From NCBI RefSeq assembly GCF_000011325.1, contig NC_003450.3, positions 630,001 through 662,000 of the forward strand: 32,000 bases of DNA, read 5' to 3'. The notes beneath the pieces are model-generated. The model saw only the letters and a program-made list of their open reading frames with translations. It made no database searches and was not told where the DNA came from. The translations under genes and the position numbers were made by a program. Positions 9,463 to 17,590 of this stretch are shown here, piece after piece. Source of the DNA: Corynebacterium glutamicum ATCC 13032. Lineage in GTDB: Bacteria > Actinomycetota > Actinomycetes > Mycobacteriales > Mycobacteriaceae. Each line of letters starts with the position of its first letter. The first letter of the stretch is position 1.

Positions 9463-9614
9463 AAATTCCCAATCGTTGTATATGGCGCTTTATTTTGATG
9501 AAGTACAGAAAGTGTGAATTTGGGTCCATAAAAATAATGTGCCTACAAGAAATTTATAGTATCCCATGAGTTAATATTTTTAAAAATAAACTTTATCTGA
9601 CTTTGTAGAAAAAG
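9463..9614. promoter_or_regulatory. Divergent crtE / crtR promoter-operator region
   Basis: 152-bp very AT-rich spacer between divergent genes. It contains a -10-like TATAGT at 9555-9560, a direct repeat TAAAAATAA at 9529-9537 and 9581-9589, and CTACAA (9543-9548) / TTGTAG (9603-9608) inverted hexamers. From the C. glutamicum literature I expect the CrtR operator here, but I cannot place it exactly. Confidence 0.6.
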
Positions 9615-10211
9615 GTGATTACTATGCTGAATATGCAGGAACCAGATAAAATCCATCCGGCAGAACCTACACTTCGTAATATTTATGACGTTAAAACTAG
9701 TGATCCCAAAAGTGAATTAGTTGATCGTTCTGGCATGTCGGAAGAAGACATTGCGCAAATTGGGCGGCTAATGAAATCGTTGGCCAGTCTTCGCGATGTG
9801 GAACGTAGTATTGGTGAAGCCTCGGCACGTTATATGGAGCTAAGTGCCCCTGATATGCGAGCTTTGCACTATTTGATTGTGGCGGGCAATGCGGGCGAAG
9901 TGGTGACTCCAGGAATGCTTGGAGCTCACCTTAAGCTTTCCCCGGCATCTGTAACAAAGACGCTTAATAGGCTAGAAAAAGGTGGGCATATTGTTCGTAA
10001 TGTGCACCCCGTCGACCGCAGGGCTTTCGCCCTCATGGTCACTGATGCCACTCGTGGAGAGGCGATGCGGACGCTTGGTAAGCATCAGGCGCGTCGTTTT
10101 GATGCTGCTAAACGATTAACTCCACAAGAGCGTGAAGTGGTTATCCGATTCCTTCAGGATATGGCACAGGAGTTATCCCTTAATAATGCACCATGGCTCA
10201 ACACGGAGTAG
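9615..10211 (+). CDS. crtR: MarR-family transcriptional repressor of carotenogenesis
   Basis: 198-aa ORF with a winged-HTH MarR core (LSPASVTKTLNRLEKGGHIVRNVHPVDRRAF), divergent from crtE. Start is GTG at 9615 or ATG at 9624 (AAAGG 6-7 nt upstream). Confidence 0.85.
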   Translation: MITMLNMQEPDKIHPAEPTLRNIYDVKTSDPKSELVDRSGMSEEDIAQIGRLMKSLASLRDVERSIGEASARYMELSAPDMRALHYLIVAGNAGEVVTPGMLGAHLKLSPASVTKTLNRLEKGGHIVRNVHPVDRRAFALMVTDATRGEAMRTLGKHQARRFDAAKRLTPQEREVVIRFLQDMAQELSLNNAPWLNTE

Positions 10212-10228
10212 ATGACCATCTACGTTAA

Positions 10229-10879
10229 TTAAAGTGTGCAGAGCGGAGTGGCGGTGTTTAAGCCACCTGTCGCTGGGACTGTAATGAATGCGCATGGCCA
10301 CCACCCACTGTCCTCTGTAATGTTCCGAACGTGAGACCATTGGTCACTACTGAGCTGTGGCGTGCGGGATAGTATAAATCCTGAGGACCGGCTTGGGCTG
10401 CCGACGATTGCTAGTGAATAATCATCTTCGATATAGGTCACGCGGTAGTTTGCTTGATTGTCTTCACTCTGAAATGGAATACCTGGGAAGCTAACCTTTA
10501 ATGAAGCATTGGAAACTACTTTAGCGCTGCCTTCAATAACTGAAGGCCCAAAGAAAGTGCCACACTTATTTGTTACAGAGATTGTGTCCGAGTCGATCAC
10601 GCCGTAATCAGCGGTAACGTCATGTGAGCACTGTAAAGAGAATGGTTGGGGAATTGCTGCGACTTGATACCACTTGCCTTTGTAGCGTTCTAGGTCAATG
10701 CTATTTTCAATTTCGGGCAGCGCTAGGTTTTCAGGAACCGAACTTAGGTTAGATACCTGCGAGGAGCCACCTGCAAGTCGTCCGCCGTCAAAAATGTCTT
10801 GGGCTTGTGCCGTGGATATCCCGAAAAGTGAAATGGCTGCGAGTAGTGCTGTGGTGACAAGTTTGCTTGAAATGCGCAT
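10229..10879 (-). CDS. Secreted bacterial lipocalin (Blc-like)
   Basis: 216-aa ORF with a Sec signal peptide ending AQA/QD. The lipocalin signature YKGKWYQVAAIP and the later block DDYSLAIVGSPSRSSGFILSRTP are present. Four Cys residues are consistent with an extracytoplasmic location. AGGA lies 8 nt before the ATG. Confidence 0.8.
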   Translation of the reverse strand: MRISSKLVTTALLAAISLFGISTAQAQDIFDGGRLAGGSSQVSNLSSVPENLALPEIENSIDLERYKGKWYQVAAIPQPFSLQCSHDVTADYGVIDSDTISVTNKCGTFFGPSVIEGSAKVVSNASLKVSFPGIPFQSEDNQANYRVTYIEDDYSLAIVGSPSRSSGFILSRTPQLSSDQWSHVRNITEDSGWWPCAFITVPATGGLNTATPLCTL

Positions 10880-11036
10880 AAAGCAAATCCTTTCTTCATG
10901 TTTATATTAACTCAATAGTTATTACTTCTAAAAGTATAGTAGATAGTTGTGGATGGGTGAAGAATTTCATAGAAATCGCACTCGATTCACTAAAGACCCA
11001 AGAGTAAAATCCCAGGATTTGCTTATACTTGCGCTC

Positions 11037-12560
11037 ATGGATAATCAACTTCGTCCCACTTTGCATTATCAAGCTCAAAACCCGCACCGGCGAGTGCTGG
11101 TCACCGGTGCGACAGGCTACATTGGCGGCAGGTTGATTACTGAGTTACTTGCTGCCGGTTTCCAAGTTCGGGCCACCTCGAGGAAAAAAACAAGTCTTCA
11201 GCGCTTTGACTGGTACGAGGACGTCGAGGCAGTGGAAGCGGATCTGACTGACGCGACTGAGTTAGATACGTTATTTAAGGATGTAGACGTTGTTTACTAT
11301 CTAGTGCATTCCATGGGAGGTAAGAATGTTGATTTTGAAGAGCAAGAGCAACGCACTGCTGAAAATGTAATTCAAGCTGCTGATCAAGCCGGGATAAAAC
11401 AGATTGTCTACCTTTCCGGCTTACACCCGCGTAATCGAAAAATAGAAGAACTATCTAAGCACATGCGCTCACGGGAAAAGGTCGCCCAGATTTTGCTGGC
11501 AGGCCAGACACCAGCTTTAATTTTAAGGGCTGCCACAATTATTGGTTCCGGCTCTGCATCATTTGAAATAATCCGTCATCTCACGGAGCGTTTGCCTAGA
11601 ATGATAGCGCCTCAGTGGATTACTAATCAGATTGAGCCTTTAGCAATACGGGATGTTTTGCATTACCTAATCTCGGCGGCTGATTTAAAGGATCCAGTCA
11701 ACCGCTCCTGCGATATTGGGTGTGGAAAGTCGTATGAATTTGCGGATCTATTGCGTATCTATGCCGATGTTCGGGGACTGAAACGTCATGTAAATTCCGT
11801 ACCTCTCAATTTGCCCATGGACAAGCTATCCGGTCTTTGGATTAGTCTAGTGACACCTGTTCCATTTCAATTGTCTTTCCCTTTAGCTCAATCAATGGCT
11901 GAGGATGCCGTCACTGAAGAGCACAGCATTAAAGATATTATTTCAGATCCACCCGATGGTTTTATTGAGTATCGGGAAGCAGTGGAGCTGGCATTAGCTG
12001 CAGAATTTGATCGTGGAGTTCCAACGTCATGGGATCGAAGCTGGACTGTACAACAACCGTGGGCTGGCCAGCCTACCGATCCAGAGTGGGCGGGCAAAGC
12101 TGTATATGAAGACGTCCGCACAGAAGATACTGATCTCCGAGCAGCGCAGGTCTGGCCGATCATTGAAGGTTTGGGTGGCGTGAACGGCTGGTATTCTGCA
12201 CCACTGCTATGGCGATTGCGGGGTATCGCTGACAGACTCATCGGCGGTCCAGGTTTGGGCGGACGGCGGGATCCCCGTCATTTGAAACTTGGGGATCGCA
12301 TTGATTGGTGGCGGGTTACTGAGATCGATCCACCACATAGATTAGTGCTCACCGCAGAGATGAAAGTAGATGGTGGCGCTTGGCTGATCCTGGAAGTTGC
12401 GGACAAGGAAAATGGCGGATGTACTTATACCCAGCGCGCAATATTTGAGCCGAAGGGTTTGCCCGGTTATCTCTATTGGTGGGTTGTTTCACCGTTCCAT
12501 GCGATTATTTTTCCTTATATGCGTTCGAATATTTTAAAAGCTGCGCGTAAACTCACTTAA
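11037..12560 (+). CDS. NAD(P)-binding SDR/epimerase-like domain fused to a DUF2867 (SRPBCC-like) domain
   Basis: Rossmann motif VLVTGATGYIGGRL near the N-terminus. The C-terminal part (WWRVTEIDPPHRLVLTAEMKVDGGAWL) resembles DUF2867. I prefer ATG at 11037 (507 aa); the ORF-track TTG at 10947 adds 30 unlikely residues. Confidence 0.8.
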   Translation: MDNQLRPTLHYQAQNPHRRVLVTGATGYIGGRLITELLAAGFQVRATSRKKTSLQRFDWYEDVEAVEADLTDATELDTLFKDVDVVYYLVHSMGGKNVDFEEQEQRTAENVIQAADQAGIKQIVYLSGLHPRNRKIEELSKHMRSREKVAQILLAGQTPALILRAATIIGSGSASFEIIRHLTERLPRMIAPQWITNQIEPLAIRDVLHYLISAADLKDPVNRSCDIGCGKSYEFADLLRIYADVRGLKRHVNSVPLNLPMDKLSGLWISLVTPVPFQLSFPLAQSMAEDAVTEEHSIKDIISDPPDGFIEYREAVELALAAEFDRGVPTSWDRSWTVQQPWAGQPTDPEWAGKAVYEDVRTEDTDLRAAQVWPIIEGLGGVNGWYSAPLLWRLRGIADRLIGGPGLGGRRDPRHLKLGDRIDWWRVTEIDPPHRLVLTAEMKVDGGAWLILEVADKENGGCTYTQRAIFEPKGLPGYLYWWVVSPFHAIIFPYMRSNILKAARKLT

Positions 12561-13959
12561 TCGCAGAGTAGGCGTCTAAAGCAATTTGACGGGATTCTTT
12601 CAGATCGACGATGGGATCCGGATATGATGGTGTTCCATATTCGGGTACCCAGCGACGAATATAAGTTTCATCTGGATCAAATTTTTTCGCTTGGGTGACC
12701 GGATTAAAAATACGGAAATAAGGCGAAGCGTCATCTCCGCTACCCGCAGCCCATTGCCAGTTGAAAGCATTAGAAGCTGGATCAGCATCTACGAGAGTTT
12801 CCCAAAACCATTCTTCGCCATGACGCCAATGGATCTGGAGATTCTTGGTTAAAAAACTAGCTACTACCATTCTGACGCGATTGTGCATTGACCCGGTGGC
12901 CCATAATTCTCGCATGCCTGCATCGACCAGCGGAATTCCTGTTTTTCCTGCACGCCATGCTGCTAAATCCTCATGGAATTGGTCAGCTTTGGTGGGGATA
13001 AGAGGGGTGGATGGAGTGTTAAGTTTATCTTTTTCACTCGGATCCCAGGACCATCCGAAACGATTAAATTGCATACGAACGTTTTGCGTGTCCATGTGTG
13101 GCAGGGCATAAAGTCGATGCCACGCAAAATCTCTCCAGAGAAGTTCTTTAAGAAATAACTCAGTTCCTTCAGAGTCTATTGCTGCAGTCTCTGCCCACAC
13201 GCGGTGGATGCTGATCTCACCAAACCTTAGATGAGCAGATAATTTACTTGTAGCGGATCGGGCTAAGCTGTCTCGAGCTTGCGGGTAGTCCTGTAGATGT
13301 TCCAAAAAATCAAAGAGTTTTTCCGAAGCATTTTTTTCACCGGGAGCACACTCCTTAACTAACGTTGTTGACCAAAAAGGTTGCTCCATTTCTAGGATGG
13401 GCAGCTCTACATCCTCTGGTCCTGTTAGGTGAGAGGGGACAGGCACATTGTTTTTAACAGTTTCATATGCATGTACTCTGGCTACTTCCCATGCGGCTTT
13501 AGAAAAAGGGGTAAATACCTTGTAGGGAGTTCCGGTAGCGGTACTGACTTCCCAGGGTTCAGTGAGTAAAAAACCTGGGTGGCTATGCACTTCAATCCCT
13601 TTATCACGGAGATTCTTTTTGAGAGTGGCATCCACTTCACATAACGGTTGATGATAGCGTCGATTCCATGTGACGGCTTTGACTTCCATCTCAGAGACTA
13701 TTTTCGGCAGTATTTCAAGCGGATTACCGGTACGTCGTAGTAAAGGTACTCCGTAAAAAGAAAGATCTTGGGCTAAAGCATTAAGGCTTTGTTCTCGCCA
13801 CCATCGTGCTGCGGCCCCAATGCTGCGATTGATCGTTTCATCAATGAAGAGTCCAATAACGGGGCCATGATCAGCAGCCCATTTTAAGGCAGCATTATCA
13901 CTTAGTCGGAGGTCATCGCGGAACCATAGAAGGGTGGGAGAGCGTTGTGGATCATTCAT
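12553..13959 (-). CDS. phr: Deoxyribodipyrimidine photolyase (CPD photolyase/cryptochrome family)
   Basis: N-terminal LLWFRDDLRLSDN and the C-terminal FAD-binding block (WRDFAWH, NWQWAAGSG.D..PYFRIFNP) are present. I prefer ATG at 13959 (468 aa); the longer ATG at 14001 would leave only 6 bp to the divergent gene. Confidence 0.9.
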   Translation of the reverse strand: MNDPQRSPTLLWFRDDLRLSDNAALKWAADHGPVIGLFIDETINRSIGAAARWWREQSLNALAQDLSFYGVPLLRRTGNPLEILPKIVSEMEVKAVTWNRRYHQPLCEVDATLKKNLRDKGIEVHSHPGFLLTEPWEVSTATGTPYKVFTPFSKAAWEVARVHAYETVKNNVPVPSHLTGPEDVELPILEMEQPFWSTTLVKECAPGEKNASEKLFDFLEHLQDYPQARDSLARSATSKLSAHLRFGEISIHRVWAETAAIDSEGTELFLKELLWRDFAWHRLYALPHMDTQNVRMQFNRFGWSWDPSEKDKLNTPSTPLIPTKADQFHEDLAAWRAGKTGIPLVDAGMRELWATGSMHNRVRMVVASFLTKNLQIHWRHGEEWFWETLVDADPASNAFNWQWAAGSGDDASPYFRIFNPVTQAKKFDPDETYIRRWVPEYGTPSYPDPIVDLKESRQIALDAYSAIK

Positions 13960-14025
13960 AGCTAATGAGTTTAAAATAAACACCCTTGCGTTTGCATTCA
14001 TTCAACCGTGGAGAAAGCCAGATTT

Positions 14026-14781
14026 ATGACAACCTCAATCCAACGCAGAATCAGTATCGTAATTCCATGTCTAAATGATGCAGTACTTCTAGAACAGTGC
14101 TTAAGCTCAATTGTTGCGCAGACTCTTCAACCTGAGGAAGTCATCGTCGTGGACAACGGTAGCACTGATAACTCAGTTGAAGTGGCAAATCGGATGGGGG
14201 CTCGCGTGGTTCATGAGCCACTTCAAGGCATCACTTGGGCTAGTGCAGCTGGATATAATTCTGCGCGTGGAGACCTAATTGTCCGTTTCGACGCAGATTG
14301 TGTGATTCCTCCTGATCATCTAAGCCAAGTCAATGCCATTTGGAACCGTACAGAGGAGACGCCTGGCCGTACTATAGTTGCGCTAACAGGTACCGGCAGT
14401 TTTGATATTCCTGGCCGTATGGGAGAGTGGTTGGCTCTATGCTATCTAGGCGCCTACCGATGGTCTACGAAACAAGCACTAGGACACTATCCGATTTTTG
14501 GTTCGAACTCCGTAATTAGCAGGCAATGGTGGGAGGATGTAAAAGACCAAATTACGTTATCAGAAACTTTTGTGCATGAGGATATGTACTTTTCCTTCTT
14601 TGTCCGCCCACATGAGACGGTCTGGTTCGAAAAAAATTTAAAACTCATCATGCATCCACGTGCTTTGATGGGAGTCAGGCAGTCCTTTATCCGATTGGTA
14701 CGAGGATTTTATACTATTAAAATTGCTTGGAAAAGAGAACCAGTCCATCAGCGGCTGGAATCTAGAAGAGATTGGACCTAA
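14026..14781 (+). CDS. crtX: Family 2 glycosyltransferase, candidate carotenoid glucosyltransferase
   Basis: GT2 N-terminal pattern ISIVIPCLND...VIVVDNGSTDNS and an FDAD motif. GGAGAA lies 10 nt upstream of ATG 14026 (the ORF-track GTG is at 14008). The crtX assignment comes from my recollection that cg0730 was proposed for decaprenoxanthin glucosylation; the sequence does not prove it. Confidence 0.75.
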   Translation: MTTSIQRRISIVIPCLNDAVLLEQCLSSIVAQTLQPEEVIVVDNGSTDNSVEVANRMGARVVHEPLQGITWASAAGYNSARGDLIVRFDADCVIPPDHLSQVNAIWNRTEETPGRTIVALTGTGSFDIPGRMGEWLALCYLGAYRWSTKQALGHYPIFGSNSVISRQWWEDVKDQITLSETFVHEDMYFSFFVRPHETVWFEKNLKLIMHPRALMGVRQSFIRLVRGFYTIKIAWKREPVHQRLESRRDWT

Positions 14782-14924
14782 CTTTTCTTTTTTAGATTCC
14801 TAACATCTCCGAGAACCTGGGGTTGGGGGCTCATCTGTTTATGGTGGTTAATCACAACACATCTTAGGAGATTAATCGCGTCTGAATCGACCAGAAAGCG
14901 CTGTAGCTTGAATCCTAGCCTATA

Positions 14925-14954
14925 CAAGAAGATTCGGCTGCAAGAAGATTCGGC
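14925..14954. repeat. Tandem direct repeat, 2 x CAAGAAGATTCGGC
   Basis: Exact 14-mer at 14925-14938 and 14941-14954, separated by TG. It sits inside a 390-bp gene-free gap. Confidence 0.8.
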
Positions 14955-15172
14955 ATAGAATTTTAGCGGCTTATCAAGCCTGGTGCCTATGATTATTAAG
15001 GCTGTATTAGTCGTAATCGGAATTTATGAGGTCGTTGTCCAACCCGAACGGATGCTGTTTATTTTCCTTATTCATCTTGGCTTTCGATTCTGCTTAGGCG
15101 GTTTGTGAAATGTTGTCAACTGGTTCTGGTTCGAAAGAACCCAGGTAAATAGTCGATTTTTGGATTTTATAA

Positions 15173-17590
15173 TCAAACCACCCGACGTCGTTTGTTCGCC
15201 AGCACGATGAGCGCGCACAGTACAGATCCTGCGACCATCGCGAGAACCGTTCCGCCGAGAATGTCTACTTGAAGTGGTGCCGTCGCAGCGGTGTTGGTGG
15301 CAGAACTGGCAACGAATCTGCCTAAGAATCCTCCCGAAACTGCACCAACAATGGCAGCCGGCAATGAGAGCGCGATCATTTCAATAGCCATCACCAGAAT
15401 CTGACCAGTTGAGGTCAGTCCAATGGTGCGCAGCAAATAACGATCGCGGGCACGCTCAGAAATGGTGAGTGCCACTGTGTTGATCAGGCCAACGGCAGCG
15501 ATCGCTAAGGCCACGATGGCAAGCAGTGTGGACATGGTGGTGATGCGGGAAACCAGTTCAAAAGTGTTTTGGCGGGCGGAGAAACCCTCGGTGATGGAGT
15601 ATCGTCCGTCGAAAAGCGAAATGGTCTTGCGTACCGCCTGCGCCGTGGCGTTGTCGGGGGCCTGGTTGGAGTCGCCGTCGAGCAGGATCAGTACGTTGCG
15701 TGTGGTGCTGGGGCCGGTGGCGAGTGCTGGGTCGATCATGGAGAAGTAGTTGTCGCTGTGGAAGATTTCCGCCTGCGTTGGGGTATCCGCGACAATGATG
15801 TTTGCAGCCTGGCCGGCCGGGTAAGCATCCTGGTCAGGAGAGTTTCTGCCCAAAACAAGGCCACCAGCTGGTGCACCAGTATCGCCTGCGCGCATCACGG
15901 AGGCTCCGTCTTCTTCAGCGAGCATGAGCACAGAGAAATTGCCGGAATCTTCCAATTCCACAGCGGTGGTGGCTGGCGCGATGGCAGTTTTCACGCCGTC
16001 GATGCTAGAGATTTCCTCCAGCATTCCGGCGGGGATTTCCCCATCAAGCGCTGTAACCATCATGTCTGTGCCGCCCATGCCTTTAGCCACGGCCACCAAA
16101 TGCGTGCCGATATGTGCCTGGCCATGCAGAACAGCGGAGCTTAATGCAGAACCAGCAAGAATCACAGCGATCAGCGCCGCCGAACGAGATTTCTGCTTTG
16201 CTGCAAACGCCAATCCCAACTGAAGTGTTGGGACGGTGCCGCCCACAATCCTGGAGAATACGTGCAATAACCAGGGCACGAGCACCGCCGTGGCAATCAA
16301 CAACGCACACACCAAAGCGCCTGAACCGGCGATGGATAAAGCCACTGAACGCATGCCGCGGTAGTCCGAGGTTGCCTCATACGCCCACATTCCGCCGGCG
16401 CCCACAATGCCCGCGAGCAGCAACCATAATGCACCGAACCAGGGGGAAGTCCTCGAAATAGCAGGCGTACTCAGTGATTCCACTGCGGATTTTCTGCACA
16501 CACTGAACACTGCCGGTAATGCCGCAATCACGGACATCACCACGCCGACGCCAGCGATGAGCCACATCGTGCTACTTGGCAGATCAATCACATCAATGGG
16601 CACACGAATGCCAAAACGTGCGGCATTATCCGCCAACAAACGCGCCGCCATCAATCCGGCGGGCGCACCAAAACCAGCAGCCACCACACCGAGGATGCCG
16701 GCTTCAAAAATCACTGACCCCAAAATCTGCGGCGTCGATGCGCCCACTGAACGAATCAGCCCGAACTCGCGAACTCGCTCACCAGTGAGCACCGAATATG
16801 CAGAAAAGACCACCAAAAACGCCACGGCAGCAGCCACTGCCACAAACGCTGCGAGCAGCAAGAAATAGCGATCTCGCTGGCCCAAATAAGAATCAGCAAG
16901 CTTATCGACGTGCCCCTCCGCCGAAGCAACCACCACCGTAGCGTCGCTAAAGCTTGCAGCCTCTAGCGAGGCAGGATCGGAAGTTGCCACTCGGAATTCA
17001 CCCCGCACACCGGAAGAATTCCACTCCATCAGCGCATCAGGAGACGCCACAACGAACGGTGCGCCACCTAAAGTTTCCTGCGCCGCTGGCTCCACCACGC
17101 CAACCACAAGAACCTCAGTGTCCTCAGTGTTTTGGGACAGGCGAATGGATACGTGCTCACCAACTTCAGGCGCACCCGGGGCCGTTGTTACTGCAATCTC
17201 ACCAGGTCCTTGGGGCAATCGGCCTTCTAGGATTGGCCGCCACTGCAGTGGGCCTTCCGAAATTGACTGGACTGAAGTACTGGCGTAAATCCCGTCTGAT
17301 TGCTTTACAGAGGCTGCAAAATTTTGATCAAAAGCCAGAGCTTCAACACCAGGTGTCGTAGCTAATTGTTGCTCAAAAGCTGCAAAGGAATCTTCGTTTT
17401 TCGCAGACACCGTGACCACAAGATCAGCGTTTTCATACGGCTTGGCAAAAAGATCATTAACACTGGACACCAAAGAATTTGTCAACGCAGTGGCGCTAAC
17501 AGTCAATGCAACCGAAGCGAAAATCGCGAAAAACAATGAAAAATAGCGCCCACCTCGTCGCCGAAGTTGAGCGAAAGCAAGCCTGAACAT
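15173..17590 (-). CDS. ABC transporter permease, FtsX/MacB-type (duplicated 4-TM module)
   Basis: 805-aa ORF with an N-terminus typical of FtsX-family permeases (MFRLAFAQLRRRGGRYF...). It has two TM clusters, each following a large extracytoplasmic segment. Its ATG overlaps the stop of the upstream ATPase gene by 1 nt (TAATG at 17588-17592). Confidence 0.85.
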   Translation of the reverse strand: MFRLAFAQLRRRGGRYFSLFFAIFASVALTVSATALTNSLVSSVNDLFAKPYENADLVVTVSAKNEDSFAAFEQQLATTPGVEALAFDQNFAASVKQSDGIYASTSVQSISEGPLQWRPILEGRLPQGPGEIAVTTAPGAPEVGEHVSIRLSQNTEDTEVLVVGVVEPAAQETLGGAPFVVASPDALMEWNSSGVRGEFRVATSDPASLEAASFSDATVVVASAEGHVDKLADSYLGQRDRYFLLLAAFVAVAAAVAFLVVFSAYSVLTGERVREFGLIRSVGASTPQILGSVIFEAGILGVVAAGFGAPAGLMAARLLADNAARFGIRVPIDVIDLPSSTMWLIAGVGVVMSVIAALPAVFSVCRKSAVESLSTPAISRTSPWFGALWLLLAGIVGAGGMWAYEATSDYRGMRSVALSIAGSGALVCALLIATAVLVPWLLHVFSRIVGGTVPTLQLGLAFAAKQKSRSAALIAVILAGSALSSAVLHGQAHIGTHLVAVAKGMGGTDMMVTALDGEIPAGMLEEISSIDGVKTAIAPATTAVELEDSGNFSVLMLAEEDGASVMRAGDTGAPAGGLVLGRNSPDQDAYPAGQAANIIVADTPTQAEIFHSDNYFSMIDPALATGPSTTRNVLILLDGDSNQAPDNATAQAVRKTISLFDGRYSITEGFSARQNTFELVSRITTMSTLLAIVALAIAAVGLINTVALTISERARDRYLLRTIGLTSTGQILVMAIEMIALSLPAAIVGAVSGGFLGRFVASSATNTAATAPLQVDILGGTVLAMVAGSVLCALIVLANKRRRVV

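Noticed and set aside
10947-11036. TTG-initiated 30-codon extension of the SDR/DUF2867 gene. Similar over-extensions occur for metQ (21289-21348), metN (20194-20244), phr (13960-14001) and the GT2 gene (14008-14025).
   Set aside because: The extensions lack signal or fold features and have no ribosome-binding sites. Some would collapse divergent promoter regions. Downstream starts give canonical N-termini (signal peptide, Rossmann motif, photolyase N-terminus).
14989-15108. Annotating the 39-codon hydrophobic ORF as a CDS
   Set aside because: It has no Shine-Dalgarno sequence, and I cannot assess conservation. It is short enough to occur by chance in AT-rich DNA. It is reported only as an item to check.
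15462-17361. A series of plus- and minus-strand ORFs (95-191 aa) inside the FtsX permease gene
   Set aside because: These are antisense or alternative-frame ORFs within a GC-rich membrane-protein gene. They are Arg/Pro/Ala-rich with no motifs. The permease frame explains the region.
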